A stretch of 64,000 nucleotides of DNA from Bacteroidota bacterium (GTDB taxonomy: Bacteria; Bacteroidota; Bacteroidia; Flavobacteriales_D; Crocinitomicaceae): assembly GCA_041191025.1 (NCBI GenBank), contig JBEEPQ010000005.1:210204-274203 (forward strand), written 5' to 3'. The notes beneath the pieces were generated by a model. It was given only the letters and a program-made list of their open reading frames with translations, was not told the origin of the DNA and did not search any database. The translations under genes were made by a program, and so were the position numbers. Numbering within the stretch: position 1 is the first letter of the stretch; the number at the start of each line of letters is the position of its first letter. Shown piece by piece: positions 10,512-20,819 of this stretch.

Positions 10512-12638
10512 ATGATGCGCCAGCTCTTCCTTATAACTTTCTTGTTGGGTACAGCATATACCGTGCTGGGTCAAAAGGACAAGGTTTTGCGCGGATTTTC
10601 GGAATTAAACGCGAAGAATTATGGCTTAGCCTCGCAAATCTTTCAAGAGCTCAAAGACAAAAATTCAAGTATTTCGAACTACGGGATGGCACTTTTGTAT
10701 GGTGAAACGCTTGATTTTAAACAAATAGATTCAGCTATCTTCTATACCAAAGAAGCCATTCAGTCATACGCAATAAATCTAGCTCATATTCAACGAAAGC
10801 AGCGAATAGCGTTAATCAATATGGGTTGGAATCTTGAAGAGATGAATCGATTACTTCAAGGGTTCTACAGTATGAAGTTTAGCGAATTGCAGAAATCGAA
10901 TTCGATTGCTTCAATAAATCAGTTTTTATTGTTAGCGAAAGACTATGAGCTGATAGGTGATGTAATTGGCTTTCGAGACAGTTTGTGCTTGTTGGAGTGT
11001 GGTCAAAACCAGTTAGCATGCTTAATTCAACTAAAATTAATGTCCCCAAATTCAAGGTTTTACAATCAAATACAAGAGCAAATAGAAGAGCTCGGGTATA
11101 AACGTTGGGTAAAACATGGGAAAGAAGAAGAATTTTACACCTATGCCTTGTATCATCCTCGAAGTATATTTAAACCCCTAGCTGAGGATGAAATATATCA
11201 ACTTTATATAACGAAAAACGACACGATAGCATTTAAGCGGTTTATTCAGTTGTATCCTAAAAATAAAAATCTCGATAAGATTTGGCGAGCATTTTATCAA
11301 TTGAGCACGGGGAATTATGATCAAAATAAGATGCGGGATTTCATTGTTCGTTATCCCATGTATCCATACGCTGAAAATGTACGCGCAGAATTGGAACGTT
11401 TCGGTAAAGAATTGTACCCTTATGCGTCCCCTGATGGACTCATGGGCTACATGGATGAGCAGGGGATAGCGGTTATTCCTGCGGTTTATGATTGGGTAGG
11501 CGATTTTAAAGAAGGCTTAGCCGTAGTAATGAAAGAGTCATCTTACGGGGTGATAAATAAGCAAGGTCAATTGCATTTGCCTATTGCTTTTGAGTTTATC
11601 TCTGATTTCCATAACGGGTACGCAATTTATAGTCAGAATTCAACCTTTGGTGTGGTAAATCGCGCAGGGATCAAGGTGATTGATAATCAATTTAGTGATT
11701 TGGAATGGGCTTTTGGTGATTTGCTAGTTTATGAGAATGATGGCAAGAAAGGTGTAATGAATATCCAGGGTGAATTCCTCTCTCCTTTGATGTTCAACGA
11801 GGTGAATCCAGTGAACGAGATGTTGGCAATTGTAACGATTGATGGGCTATCTGGCGTCATAAACTCATCACTGATGAGGGTTATACCGATTGCCTATGAG
11901 CAAGTGATTCAAAATGAACATGGATTTATGGTGATCAACGGCGGCTTGCGTGGCATTTTTGATCCGTTTGGTAAAGTGTTGCTTCCAGTGGATTTTCATG
12001 AAATCGGGGAGCTTAGTCAGGGATTTAGGTTGCTTAGGAAAGGCAATGCTTTTAGTCACGTGAATTGCACCTCATGGCGCATTGCTGATTATTGGTATCC
12101 CACGTTTCCAGAAGCCATGCGTTGGTCGAAAATGATTAATGGACAATTTCTGATACTGAAAAATAAGAAGTACGTGTTTGTGGATACCTTACAGCGCATT
12201 ACCAAATTATTTCCCCTGATTCAATTGAATACGGTGGATGTGGTACTTACAGGTATAAAGGAAAAAAATGGAAAGTTTGGTTTTTGGGAACGAAATGGAA
12301 AGGAATTGTCACCTTTTCTGTTCGATTACGTTGAACTTTTGAAAAATGGACAATATCTTGTGACACTCAACGGACAACAAGGAATTTATTCTAAGGCTGG
12401 TCAGCTCGTTCTTCCGTGTATTTATGACGATATTATCCTTTGGAATGAAAATAATTACTACGTGGTGCAAAAAGGGTCAAAAAAAGGTATTTTTACCATG
12501 GATGGTAAGGAAATTTTGCCTCTTGATTTTGATTGGGTTAAAAAATATAACACGCTGTGTTGGATGCTTAAAAAGGAAGGCGAACTCATGTATTTTTTTC
12601 CAACGAGTGCAAAATGGATTACACTAACTAGAAACTAA
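10512..12638 (+). CDS. WG-repeat (KWG) containing secreted protein
   Basis: Signal peptide and many repeats of the type G(L/Y)(M/I)D..G..VIP..YD....F.EGLA.V. Confidence 0.75.
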   Translation: MMRQLFLITFLLGTAYTVLGQKDKVLRGFSELNAKNYGLASQIFQELKDKNSSISNYGMALLYGETLDFKQIDSAIFYTKEAIQSYAINLAHIQRKQRIALINMGWNLEEMNRLLQGFYSMKFSELQKSNSIASINQFLLLAKDYELIGDVIGFRDSLCLLECGQNQLACLIQLKLMSPNSRFYNQIQEQIEELGYKRWVKHGKEEEFYTYALYHPRSIFKPLAEDEIYQLYITKNDTIAFKRFIQLYPKNKNLDKIWRAFYQLSTGNYDQNKMRDFIVRYPMYPYAENVRAELERFGKELYPYASPDGLMGYMDEQGIAVIPAVYDWVGDFKEGLAVVMKESSYGVINKQGQLHLPIAFEFISDFHNGYAIYSQNSTFGVVNRAGIKVIDNQFSDLEWAFGDLLVYENDGKKGVMNIQGEFLSPLMFNEVNPVNEMLAIVTIDGLSGVINSSLMRVIPIAYEQVIQNEHGFMVINGGLRGIFDPFGKVLLPVDFHEIGELSQGFRLLRKGNAFSHVNCTSWRIADYWYPTFPEAMRWSKMINGQFLILKNKKYVFVDTLQRITKLFPLIQLNTVDVVLTGIKEKNGKFGFWERNGKELSPFLFDYVELLKNGQYLVTLNGQQGIYSKAGQLVLPCIYDDIILWNENNYYVVQKGSKKGIFTMDGKEILPLDFDWVKKYNTLCWMLKKEGELMYFFPTSAKWITLTRN

Positions 12639-13400
12639 ATGTCGAACAAAGAGCGTATTGTACTGTCTTTTATTCTCTCCATGGCATCCATCATTTTTCC
12701 TGTGATGGCTCTTGTGATTGTGAATAATGACAGGTATGTGCACGTAGAGCCATTTTTTACGCCAGACATCGAGTTGATCGAAACCGAACGAGAGATTTTA
12801 GTCGATCCCTCTGAGCTGTTTATTAATCAAAGTGACGAAGATCTCAAGAGTTTGGTACGTAATCAAGCGGATGAAAGACCCCTTTCTCGAGACGATTATT
12901 CACAAAATGAACCAACTGGAGATCCATATGAACGTATTAAGGCCTATGAGCAAGAGCTATTTTCAGAGGCTGGAGGAGATAAAGAGCGTGCTAAGTTGAA
13001 GACTGAAATGGACCAGCGGAAGCAACAACCCACCAAAACAGGAAATGGGAATAAGAATCCAGGAAAAACCGAAGCCAGCTCAAACAATCAGTATTCAGGC
13101 GATGTAATGGTTGAGTTTAAGCTTGAGGGCCGTTCTGCTTTTGAAAATAATTTATGGTATGTTCGGAATCCGGGGTACACCTGCGGGTATGGTTCTTCGG
13201 GTAAGGTAGTGGTTTCCATAAAAGTGGATAAAGGGGGCAAGGTAATAGATGCTCACTACGATGCCTCAAAAAGCAATGGTGCCAATGAGTGTATGATCGA
13301 GCAGGCAGTTCGTTATGCCAAAAAATCAAGATTTAATTTCAAGGATTCTTCTCCGGTGCAACAAAGCGGGGTAATCATTTATAAATTCGTTGCACAATAA
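12639..13400 (+). CDS. Membrane-anchored protein with charged linker and TonB-C-like domain
   Basis: N-terminal TM helix, E/K/P-rich linker, and a C-terminal domain of about 80 aa (VVVSIKVDKGGKVIDA...). The start abuts the upstream stop. Confidence 0.45.
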   Translation: MSNKERIVLSFILSMASIIFPVMALVIVNNDRYVHVEPFFTPDIELIETEREILVDPSELFINQSDEDLKSLVRNQADERPLSRDDYSQNEPTGDPYERIKAYEQELFSEAGGDKERAKLKTEMDQRKQQPTKTGNGNKNPGKTEASSNNQYSGDVMVEFKLEGRSAFENNLWYVRNPGYTCGYGSSGKVVVSIKVDKGGKVIDAHYDASKSNGANECMIEQAVRYAKKSRFNFKDSSPVQQSGVIIYKFVAQ

Positions 13401-13460
13401 AAAGATTAAATTTTAATCATTCGTATTGATTATTTTTTAATTTTGTGTAAAATCGTGTTT

Positions 13461-14255
13461 ATGTTAATTGGAGAAAATATTAAAATTCTTAGGAAAAGAA
13501 AGGGTAAGTCGCAAGAGGAAGTTGCGCTTGCCTTGGGTTTAAATCGCTCAACCTATAGCGGGTATGAAAACAACATTGCTCAACCCAATCTTGAAAATGT
13601 GTTACAGATTAGCACATATTATGGCTTGTCTATCGAAGAGTTAATTACCAAAGATTTCTCTACTTTCAAAGAAGTAGATTGGCGCATACTGACGGAACGT
13701 GCAGAACACCGCATGAAAGGGTCTGAACTACGGATTTTAGCCTCAATTGTTAGCCTGAACAATGATGAACTGATTGAGGTTATACCAGAAAAAGCAAGTG
13801 CCGGTTATACCTCAGGTTTTGCTGACCCAGAATTTTTCACGGATTTTCCAACCCTGAGTTTGCCATTCCTTTCCAAAAATAAAAAGTATAGAGCCTTTCC
13901 AATTCAAGGGGATTCTATGCCGCCGGTAAGTCAAGGTTCAATTGTGGTTGGTGAGTTTATTCAAGACTGGACCGCAATGAAAAATGAAGAACAATATATC
14001 CTAGTTACAAAGTCTGAAGGGATAGTTTTTAAAACAGTTGGAAGGAGTCCGGAAAAGCCCGGTTTGCTAACCCTCATTTCAACCAATTTGAATTATCAAC
14101 CGTATGAAATTCCTTTCTCAGAACTTTTAGAAGCATGGAAATTTGTCTGTTACATTAGCCGGGAATTACCTGAAATCGTTCCTGATGATCAAAGCATCTT
14201 AAATTCTATTCGCACCCTTCAAATGGATGTTAAGCAATTGCTTCATAGAAAATAA
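13461..14255 (+). CDS. XRE-HTH / S24 (LexA-like) peptidase-domain repressor
   Basis: HTH region IKILRKRKGKSQEEVALALGLNRSTYSGYENN. C-terminal FPIQGDSMPP S24 motif. ATG at 13461 preferred over TTG at 13443. Confidence 0.8.
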   Translation: MLIGENIKILRKRKGKSQEEVALALGLNRSTYSGYENNIAQPNLENVLQISTYYGLSIEELITKDFSTFKEVDWRILTERAEHRMKGSELRILASIVSLNNDELIEVIPEKASAGYTSGFADPEFFTDFPTLSLPFLSKNKKYRAFPIQGDSMPPVSQGSIVVGEFIQDWTAMKNEEQYILVTKSEGIVFKTVGRSPEKPGLLTLISTNLNYQPYEIPFSELLEAWKFVCYISRELPEIVPDDQSILNSIRTLQMDVKQLLHRK

Positions 14256-14306
14256 GTCCGTTAACGTTTACTTTTCCCCTTGATTTTACTACTTTTGTAG
14301 TCGATT

Positions 14307-16256
14307 ATGGAAGGAATTATTAAAGTCACTTTACCCGATGGTTCACAACGTGAATATCCAATCGGAAGTACCGCATTAGATGTAGCTGTAAGTATTTCTG
14401 AAGGCTTAGCGAGGAATGTACTGGCAGCCAAAGTAAATGGTGCAGTTCAAGATGCAATGCAGGCCTTGCCAACGCAATGCGAGCTTCAATTGTTAACATG
14501 GAATGATACTGAAGGAAAATCTACCATGTGGCACTCTTCGGCACACCTCATGGCGGAGGCTTTGGAATTTCATTTCCCTGGCGTTAAATTAGCGATCGGT
14601 CCCGCAATAACTAATGGATTCTATTACGATGTAGATTTTTTAGAGTATTCCTTCACCGAAAAAGACTTGGAAAAGGTAGAGGCTAAAATGAAAGAGTTGG
14701 CCAAACAAAAGAATCCATACATCCGTCAAGAAGTTAGTAAACAAGATGCCTTGGCTTATTTTACCGAAAAACAAGATCCCTACAAACTGGAGTTGATTTC
14801 GGAATTAGAAGACGGAACAATTACGTTTTATACACAAGGTGGTTTTACCGATTTGTGTCGCGGTCCGCACATTCCAGACACTGGGCATATCAAAGCCGTT
14901 AAGTTGTTGTCAATTGCCGGTGCGTATTGGAGAGGTGACGAGAAAAATAAACAGCTTACTCGAATTTATGGGATTACCTTTCCAAAGAATGCTGAACTTG
15001 CTGAATACCTTGAGCGATTGGAGGAGGCTAAGAAAAGAGACCATAGAAAGCTTGGTAAGGAATTAGAATTGTTTACTTTTTCTCAAAAAGTTGGACAAGG
15101 ATTGCCGATGTGGTTACCGAAAGGTGCGGCGTTAAGAGACCGCTTAGAGCAATTCTTGAAACGAGCACAAAAAGCTGCAGGATATCAGCAGGTGATTACA
15201 CCGCATATAGGAAACAAAGCCTTGTATGTTACTTCTGGCCATTACGAAAAATACGGTGCAGACTCCTTTCAACCGATCCGAACTCCAGATCCTGATGAGG
15301 AATTCTATTTAAAACCAATGAATTGTCCGCACCATTGTGAAATTTTTAAATCCAAACCGCGGTCATACAAAGAATTACCCACACGTTTTGCTGAATTTGG
15401 TACCGTTTATCGATACGAGCAATCTGGTGAATTACACGGTTTAACCCGAGTTCGCGGTTTTACGCAAGACGATGCACACATTTTCTGTACGCCTGAGCAA
15501 GTGAAAGATGAATTCAAAAAAGTAATTGAAATCGTACTTTACGTGCTTAAAACCCTTGATTTCAACAATTTCAAAGCGCAGATTTCGCTAAGAGATCAAG
15601 AGAATCGAGCCAAGTATATTGGAAGCGAAGAGAATTGGGTTCGCGCAGAACAAGCGATTATCGAAGCAACGGAAGAAATGAATCTTTCTACGTTTGTTGC
15701 CTATGGTGAAGCTGCTTTTTATGGACCTAAATTGGATTTCATGGTGCAGGACGCCTTGGGTAGAGAATGGCAGCTAGGGACCATTCAGGTAGATTATAAC
15801 CTCCCAGAACGTTTCGAATTGGAGTATATCGGTGCTGACAATCAAAAACACCGTCCGGTGATGATTCACCGCGCACCTTTTGGTTCGATGGAGCGCTTTG
15901 TCGCTGTGCTTATTGAGCACTGCGCAGGAGATTTCCCGCTTTGGTTAACTTCCGATCAATTTGTGATTCTTCCAGTGTCCGAGAAATATAACGACTATGC
16001 GCAAAAAGTTTTAGAATTGCTAAATAATTCCGATATTCGCGGACTCGTAGACGAGCGGAATGAAAAAGTAGGGAAGAAAATACGAGACGCAGAGTTAAGC
16101 AAATACCCATTTATGCTGATTGTTGGCGAGAAAGAGGCAGAATCAAATTCGATTTCTGTACGTCAACGTGGTAAAGGGGATCTAGGGGCGTTAAGTCCTG
16201 AATCATTTGCAGCGCTTGTGCAAAATGAAATGGAACGTGAATTAGCAAAGAATTAA
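14307..16256 (+). CDS. thrS: Threonine--tRNA ligase
   Basis: TGS domain at the N-terminus, HSSAHLMA editing motif, class II core and anticodon-binding domain. 649 aa. Confidence 0.97.
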   Translation: MEGIIKVTLPDGSQREYPIGSTALDVAVSISEGLARNVLAAKVNGAVQDAMQALPTQCELQLLTWNDTEGKSTMWHSSAHLMAEALEFHFPGVKLAIGPAITNGFYYDVDFLEYSFTEKDLEKVEAKMKELAKQKNPYIRQEVSKQDALAYFTEKQDPYKLELISELEDGTITFYTQGGFTDLCRGPHIPDTGHIKAVKLLSIAGAYWRGDEKNKQLTRIYGITFPKNAELAEYLERLEEAKKRDHRKLGKELELFTFSQKVGQGLPMWLPKGAALRDRLEQFLKRAQKAAGYQQVITPHIGNKALYVTSGHYEKYGADSFQPIRTPDPDEEFYLKPMNCPHHCEIFKSKPRSYKELPTRFAEFGTVYRYEQSGELHGLTRVRGFTQDDAHIFCTPEQVKDEFKKVIEIVLYVLKTLDFNNFKAQISLRDQENRAKYIGSEENWVRAEQAIIEATEEMNLSTFVAYGEAAFYGPKLDFMVQDALGREWQLGTIQVDYNLPERFELEYIGADNQKHRPVMIHRAPFGSMERFVAVLIEHCAGDFPLWLTSDQFVILPVSEKYNDYAQKVLELLNNSDIRGLVDERNEKVGKKIRDAELSKYPFMLIVGEKEAESNSISVRQRGKGDLGALSPESFAALVQNEMERELAKN

Positions 16257-16276
16257 TAGGATATTTAAATCACTGA

Positions 16277-16819
16277 ATGAGAAGAAATACAAGGCCGGTA
16301 AGAAAAGTTGAAGAAGCACAGCATCGAATCAACGATAAAATTACATCTGCTGAAATACGATTAGTTATTGAAGGACAAGAGCCTCAAGTAATTAAGTTAT
16401 CCGCAGCCTTGGCTTTAGCCGATCAACAAGAATTGGATTTAGTTGAGATTTCTCCAAAAGCAGTGCCACCCGTTTGTAAAATCATGGACTATGCCAAGTT
16501 CATGTATACACAAAAACGGAAACAAAAAGAACTGAAGGCGAAGCAAAGTAAAATTGTAGTTAAGGAAATTCGTTTTGGTCCAAATACAGATGATCATGAC
16601 TTTAACTTCAAATTAGCTCATGCGCGCAAGTTCTTAGAAGAAGGTAGTAAGGTTAAAGCTTATGTATTCTTCAGAGGTAGAACGATTGTATTTAAAGACC
16701 GGGGTGAGATTTTGTTATTGAAATTTGCTCAGGAACTAGCAGATGTTGGAATTGTAGAACAGCTGCCGAAATTGGAAGGAAAGAAGATGATCTTAATGAT
16801 CAATTCGAAAAAGAAATAA
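16277..16819 (+). CDS. infC: Translation initiation factor IF-3
   Basis: [13 protein letters not shown]...DLVEISP...PVCKIMDY...KEIRF pattern. Position directly after thrS. Confidence 0.95.
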   Translation: MRRNTRPVRKVEEAQHRINDKITSAEIRLVIEGQEPQVIKLSAALALADQQELDLVEISPKAVPPVCKIMDYAKFMYTQKRKQKELKAKQSKIVVKEIRFGPNTDDHDFNFKLAHARKFLEEGSKVKAYVFFRGRTIVFKDRGEILLLKFAQELADVGIVEQLPKLEGKKMILMINSKKK

Positions 16820-16854
16820 AAAGTGCTAATAGTTAATGTTTAAATTGTATAACA

Positions 16855-17052
16855 ATGCCTAAAATGAAAACAAAATCCAGTGCGAAGAAGCGATTCACGA
16901 TTACTGGTAGTGGTAAAATTAAGCGTAAACACGCGTTTAAAAGCCACATTTTGACAAAAATGGCTACGAAACGCAAGCGTAATTTAACGCACGCTGGATT
17001 GGTTCATGAATCCGATGTAGCGAATGTTAAATTGCAACTTTGCATGAAATAG
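16855..17052 (+). CDS. rpmI: 50S ribosomal protein L35
   Basis: [22 protein letters not shown], 65 aa. Confidence 0.95.
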   Translation: MPKMKTKSSAKKRFTITGSGKIKRKHAFKSHILTKMATKRKRNLTHAGLVHESDVANVKLQLCMK

Positions 17053-17139
17053 TTGTTGGTTTAATTAATGTTTAACCCGAAACCCAGAATCCAAGCCCAC
17101 TGAAACAGCGTGGCTCTGTGTCTCAAAAAAAATTAAAGT

Positions 17140-17487
17140 ATGCCTAGATCAGTAAATCACGTAGCATCAAGAGCTAAGAAAAAGAACTTGATGAAATTGG
17201 CCAAAGGTTATTATGGCCGTAGAAAAAATGTTTGGACCGTCGCTAAAAATGCAATCGAAAAAGGATTGTTATATGCGTACTCTGGACGTAAACAAAAGAA
17301 AAGAAATTATCGTTCACTTTGGATCGTGCGTATCAATGCCGGTGCTCGTCAACACGGAATGAGCTATTCTCACTTTATGGGATTAGTGAATAAAAGTGAA
17401 ATGACGTTGAACCGCAAAGTACTCGCGGATTTGGCAATGAATCATCCAGCTGCATTTAAAGCAGTGGTTGATGCCGTGAAAAAGTAA
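17140..17487 (+). CDS. rplT: 50S ribosomal protein L20
   Basis: [15 protein letters not shown]...[14 protein letters not shown]. Confidence 0.95.
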   Translation: MPRSVNHVASRAKKKNLMKLAKGYYGRRKNVWTVAKNAIEKGLLYAYSGRKQKKRNYRSLWIVRINAGARQHGMSYSHFMGLVNKSEMTLNRKVLADLAMNHPAAFKAVVDAVKK

Positions 17488-17512
17488 ATAAATCCTTTTA
17501 ACTATTAGCAGA

Positions 17513-17545
17513 AGCCATTAGATTTCTAATGGCTTTTTTATTTTT
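17513..17545 (+). terminator. Rho-independent terminator after rplT
   Basis: Stem AGCCATTAG, loop ATTT, stem CTAATGGCT, followed by TTTTTATTTTTG. Confidence 0.85.
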
Positions 17546-17556
17546 GTATTATTAAA

Positions 17557-18531
17557 ATGCACATGATACGAATCGGATTATTTGGTATAGGACACCTTGG
17601 TAAAATTCACTTGAAAATTTTAAAAGGACTTCCTCAATATTTCCATGTTGTTGGAATTCACGACATCGACCGAATTGCTGGTTTAGCGGTCCAAGAAGAG
17701 TTTGATGTTCCCTATTTTGAACATGCCGACGAACTCATTCAACTTGTTGATGCCTTGGATGTAGTAACGCCAACCCCTTTTCATTTTGATTTAGCGCGCA
17801 AGGCAATTCAACAAAATAAGCATGTGTTTATTGAGAAACCAGTCACGCAAACCTTACAAGAAAGTACCATACTCCTTGAACTGGCAGCCCAGAGTGATTC
17901 TTTAATCCAAGTAGGGCATGTGGAGCGTTTTAACCCGGCGTTTATAGCAGCCCAACCTTTGCTGCATCAACCAGACTTCATCGAAACACATCGTTTAGCA
18001 CAATTTAATCCCCGTGGAACAGATGTCCCCGTGGTTTTAGATTTAATGATACATGACTTAGACATTATTTTGCACGTGGTGCAATCTCCAGTTAAACACA
18101 TCTCGGCTTCTGGTGTTGCCGTTGTAAGCGAAAGCCATGATATAACCAATGCACGAATTGAGTTTGAAAATGGCACAGTAGCAAACCTTACCGCCAGTAG
18201 AATTTCACTCAAAAACATGCGTAAATCCCGATTCTTTCAGCGGGATGCTTACGTTGGAATAGATTTCTTAAATAAAAGCATAGAAGTAGTTCGCCTTGAA
18301 GGGCTTGAAGGACCTGCCGATCCGTACGATATGGTATTGGATTTGGGAAATGGAAAAGAACCTAAGAAATTATCTATTGATTCACCAAAGGTTTTTCCAA
18401 CCAATGCGATAGAGGAAGAATTGAAGGAATTTGCATTGGGTGTTACCAAACAGACCAAGATTTCCGTGGATTTAAGAGCTGGACATGAGGCCTTAAGAGT
18501 AGCCTATCAAATTCTAGATTTAATTCAATAA
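17557..18531 (+). CDS. Gfo/Idh/MocA-family oxidoreductase
   Basis: IGLFGIGHLGKIH Rossmann N-terminus and EKP motif (VFIEKP). Confidence 0.85.
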   Translation: MHMIRIGLFGIGHLGKIHLKILKGLPQYFHVVGIHDIDRIAGLAVQEEFDVPYFEHADELIQLVDALDVVTPTPFHFDLARKAIQQNKHVFIEKPVTQTLQESTILLELAAQSDSLIQVGHVERFNPAFIAAQPLLHQPDFIETHRLAQFNPRGTDVPVVLDLMIHDLDIILHVVQSPVKHISASGVAVVSESHDITNARIEFENGTVANLTASRISLKNMRKSRFFQRDAYVGIDFLNKSIEVVRLEGLEGPADPYDMVLDLGNGKEPKKLSIDSPKVFPTNAIEEELKEFALGVTKQTKISVDLRAGHEALRVAYQILDLIQ

Positions 18532-18537
18532 AATAAA

Positions 18538-19434
18538 ATGGAGTTTCCTACGTTTTTGCCACGCATGAATTTCAAAAACTTCGTTTTTGCCGGGTTGGTT
18601 CTCTTGCTTCAGGGTTGTGTTAAAAATAACCCAGATCCCTCGTGGTTATACATTGATAAGTGGTCCTTGGTGGCGAATCCTGAATTGAGCGGAGCGGAGG
18701 GAGAGTTGAGTCAATCCCTAACTGAAGCATGGGTTTACATCAATGATCAATGCGTAGGGGTTTTTGAGCTTCCTGTTAAAATTCCGCTATTGAAATCCGG
18801 AGCGGTAGACGTAAAAGTATACCCAGGTGTTCGAGTAAACGGGATTGCAGCAACAAAGAAAATTTATCCCTTTTGTTCGGTTTATAGTACCAATTTAACC
18901 CTAACTCAAAATCAAACCGTTTCCATAGCTCCGGTTACCAAATACGTTTCAAATGCCCAATTCATCATTGAAGACTTTGAAGGCGCAAATGTGATGCTCG
19001 AGAACGACCCCAATACCTCCATGGCTAGTTTTGTATTAGATAATACCGATTTACAACCATTTAATGGCAATACGTATGCGAAAGTTGACCTGAATTCAAC
19101 TGATTCAATTTGGGTTGCATATACTACGTTTGGGTCATATCTTCCGAGGGGTAAAGAAGTTTACCTTGAAATAGATTACTATACCACCAACCGGGTAGTT
19201 ACAAGCCTTCTGGCGATTTCTCCAAGTGGACTTAGAAAGAATCCAAATATACAGTTGAATAAATCGACCCCGGAAACTGTGAAATGGAAGAAAATGTATA
19301 TAGAACTTCGAGAACTCATCGGTGCTTCAGAAGCAAGTGCCTATTTTGATCATGGGTTTGAAGCATGGAAAGAATCTTCACTTCCGAATACAGAAATTAG
19401 AATTGATAATATTAAGGTTGTCTACATGCCATGA
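18538..19434 (+). CDS. Hypothetical lipoprotein
   Basis: Lipobox LLLQGC. The start may be the internal MNFKNF at 18565. ATGA-coupled to the downstream sugar transferase. Confidence 0.5.
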   Translation: MEFPTFLPRMNFKNFVFAGLVLLLQGCVKNNPDPSWLYIDKWSLVANPELSGAEGELSQSLTEAWVYINDQCVGVFELPVKIPLLKSGAVDVKVYPGVRVNGIAATKKIYPFCSVYSTNLTLTQNQTVSIAPVTKYVSNAQFIIEDFEGANVMLENDPNTSMASFVLDNTDLQPFNGNTYAKVDLNSTDSIWVAYTTFGSYLPRGKEVYLEIDYYTTNRVVTSLLAISPSGLRKNPNIQLNKSTPETVKWKKMYIELRELIGASEASAYFDHGFEAWKESSLPNTEIRIDNIKVVYMP

Positions 19435-20819
19435 AGCGATATTGGGCGTTGAGTTTGTTGGTGTTGGATGTCCTGGCTGCGATGCTCGCATGGTTCATTT
19501 TTTACGTGACACGGGCAACTTGGCTTGAGCACAAAATGTTTATTCCAAATGGTACCTTTTACCTAGGAATAAGCCTTATTCCCCTCGCATATGTGTTGCT
19601 TTATTATTTGCAAGGAACCTATCTCAATGTTAGAAGGCTGTACCGATTGAAAATCATCCAATTAACGGCCATTGCGGCTGTGATTGGTTCAATTTTAATC
19701 TTTTTCATTTTGTTATTGGATGATCACGTAATCAGTTATAGAGATTACTATTTTTCATTTGCTGTTCTTTTTATTAGCCATTTTTTCATTACCCTGATAC
19801 CCCGATTGGCCCTAATTACTTTTATGATTAATCGCCTGAAGCGAGCCAATAATGGGTTTTCTACGGTAATCATAGGGGGAAGCGAGCGCGCACTGCATAT
19901 TTTTAATGAGATTAACCACCAATCACGCAATGTAAATACGTTTATCGGGTATGTTAATGTTAACGGATCCGATCATGCCTTGTCAAGCGAAATGCCCTAT
20001 CTAGGTCATGTCAATGCATTAGATGAAATTTTGTCTAATCATCAAATCGATGAAATTATCGTGGCTATTGAAAGTTCCGACCACGACCGCTTGCAAAAAA
20101 TCCTTGTAAAAATAAATGATCTCCGAATCATCGTGAAAGTCCTTCCAGACATGTATGAGTTGTTAAGTGGATCCTTGAAAATGACCAATATTTATGGGGC
20201 ACTTTTTGTTGAGCTAAATCGTGACGTTATGCCGCTTTGGCAACAAGCAATTAAACGATTCTTGGATATTTCACTGTCTATTATCGCAATTCTATTATTG
20301 CTTCCGATGTATTTAATTGCTGCCGTGTTGGTTAAGTTTAGTTCTCCTGGACCTATTTTCTTTCTTCAAGAACGCATCGGACTCAATAATAAACCCTTCC
20401 AAATTATTAAATTCCGTACGATGTATGTGAATTCTGAAGCAAATGGGCCGCAGTTATCCTCTTCTAATGATTCCCGAATTACACCCATTGGTCGTTTTAT
20501 GAGAAAAACTAGGTTGGATGAATTTCCACAATTTATTAATGTTATTCTTGGGCACATGTCCTTGGTTGGACCCCGTCCTGAACGACAATTCTATATTGAT
20601 CAAATCGTTCAGCATGAACCACAGTATGTGTTGCTGAATCGTGTTCGTCCTGGGATTACTTCTTGGGGTCAAGTAAAATATGGGTACGCAGAGAATGTGG
20701 AACAAATGCTTGATCGCATGAAGTATGATTTACTTTACATCAACAACCGAAGCATTGCCCTTGATTTAAAAATTCTGTTTTACACAGTGGCCATTGTAAT
20801 CAAGGCTAAAGGGAAGTAA
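19431..20819 (+). CDS. Polyprenyl-phosphate hexose-1-phosphate transferase (WbaP/WcaJ-like initiating sugar transferase)
   Basis: Multi-TM N-terminus. C-terminal bacterial sugar transferase motifs (PGPIFF.QERIG, KFRTM, DEFPQF.NV..G.MSLVGPRP). Confidence 0.9.
   Translation: MKRYWALSLLVLDVLAAMLAWFIFYVTRATWLEHKMFIPNGTFYLGISLIPLAYVLLYYLQGTYLNVRRLYRLKIIQLTAIAAVIGSILIFFILLLDDHVISYRDYYFSFAVLFISHFFITLIPRLALITFMINRLKRANNGFSTVIIGGSERALHIFNEINHQSRNVNTFIGYVNVNGSDHALSSEMPYLGHVNALDEILSNHQIDEIIVAIESSDHDRLQKILVKINDLRIIVKVLPDMYELLSGSLKMTNIYGALFVELNRDVMPLWQQAIKRFLDISLSIIAILLLLPMYLIAAVLVKFSSPGPIFFLQERIGLNNKPFQIIKFRTMYVNSEANGPQLSSSNDSRITPIGRFMRKTRLDEFPQFINVILGHMSLVGPRPERQFYIDQIVQHEPQYVLLNRVRPGITSWGQVKYGYAENVEQMLDRMKYDLLYINNRSIALDLKILFYTVAIVIKAKGK

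Noticed and set aside
17053-17139. L20-leader-like regulatory hairpin between rpmI and rplT
   Set aside because: Only an imperfect GCCCAC/GTGGC stem is present, with no resemblance I can verify to known L20 leaders.
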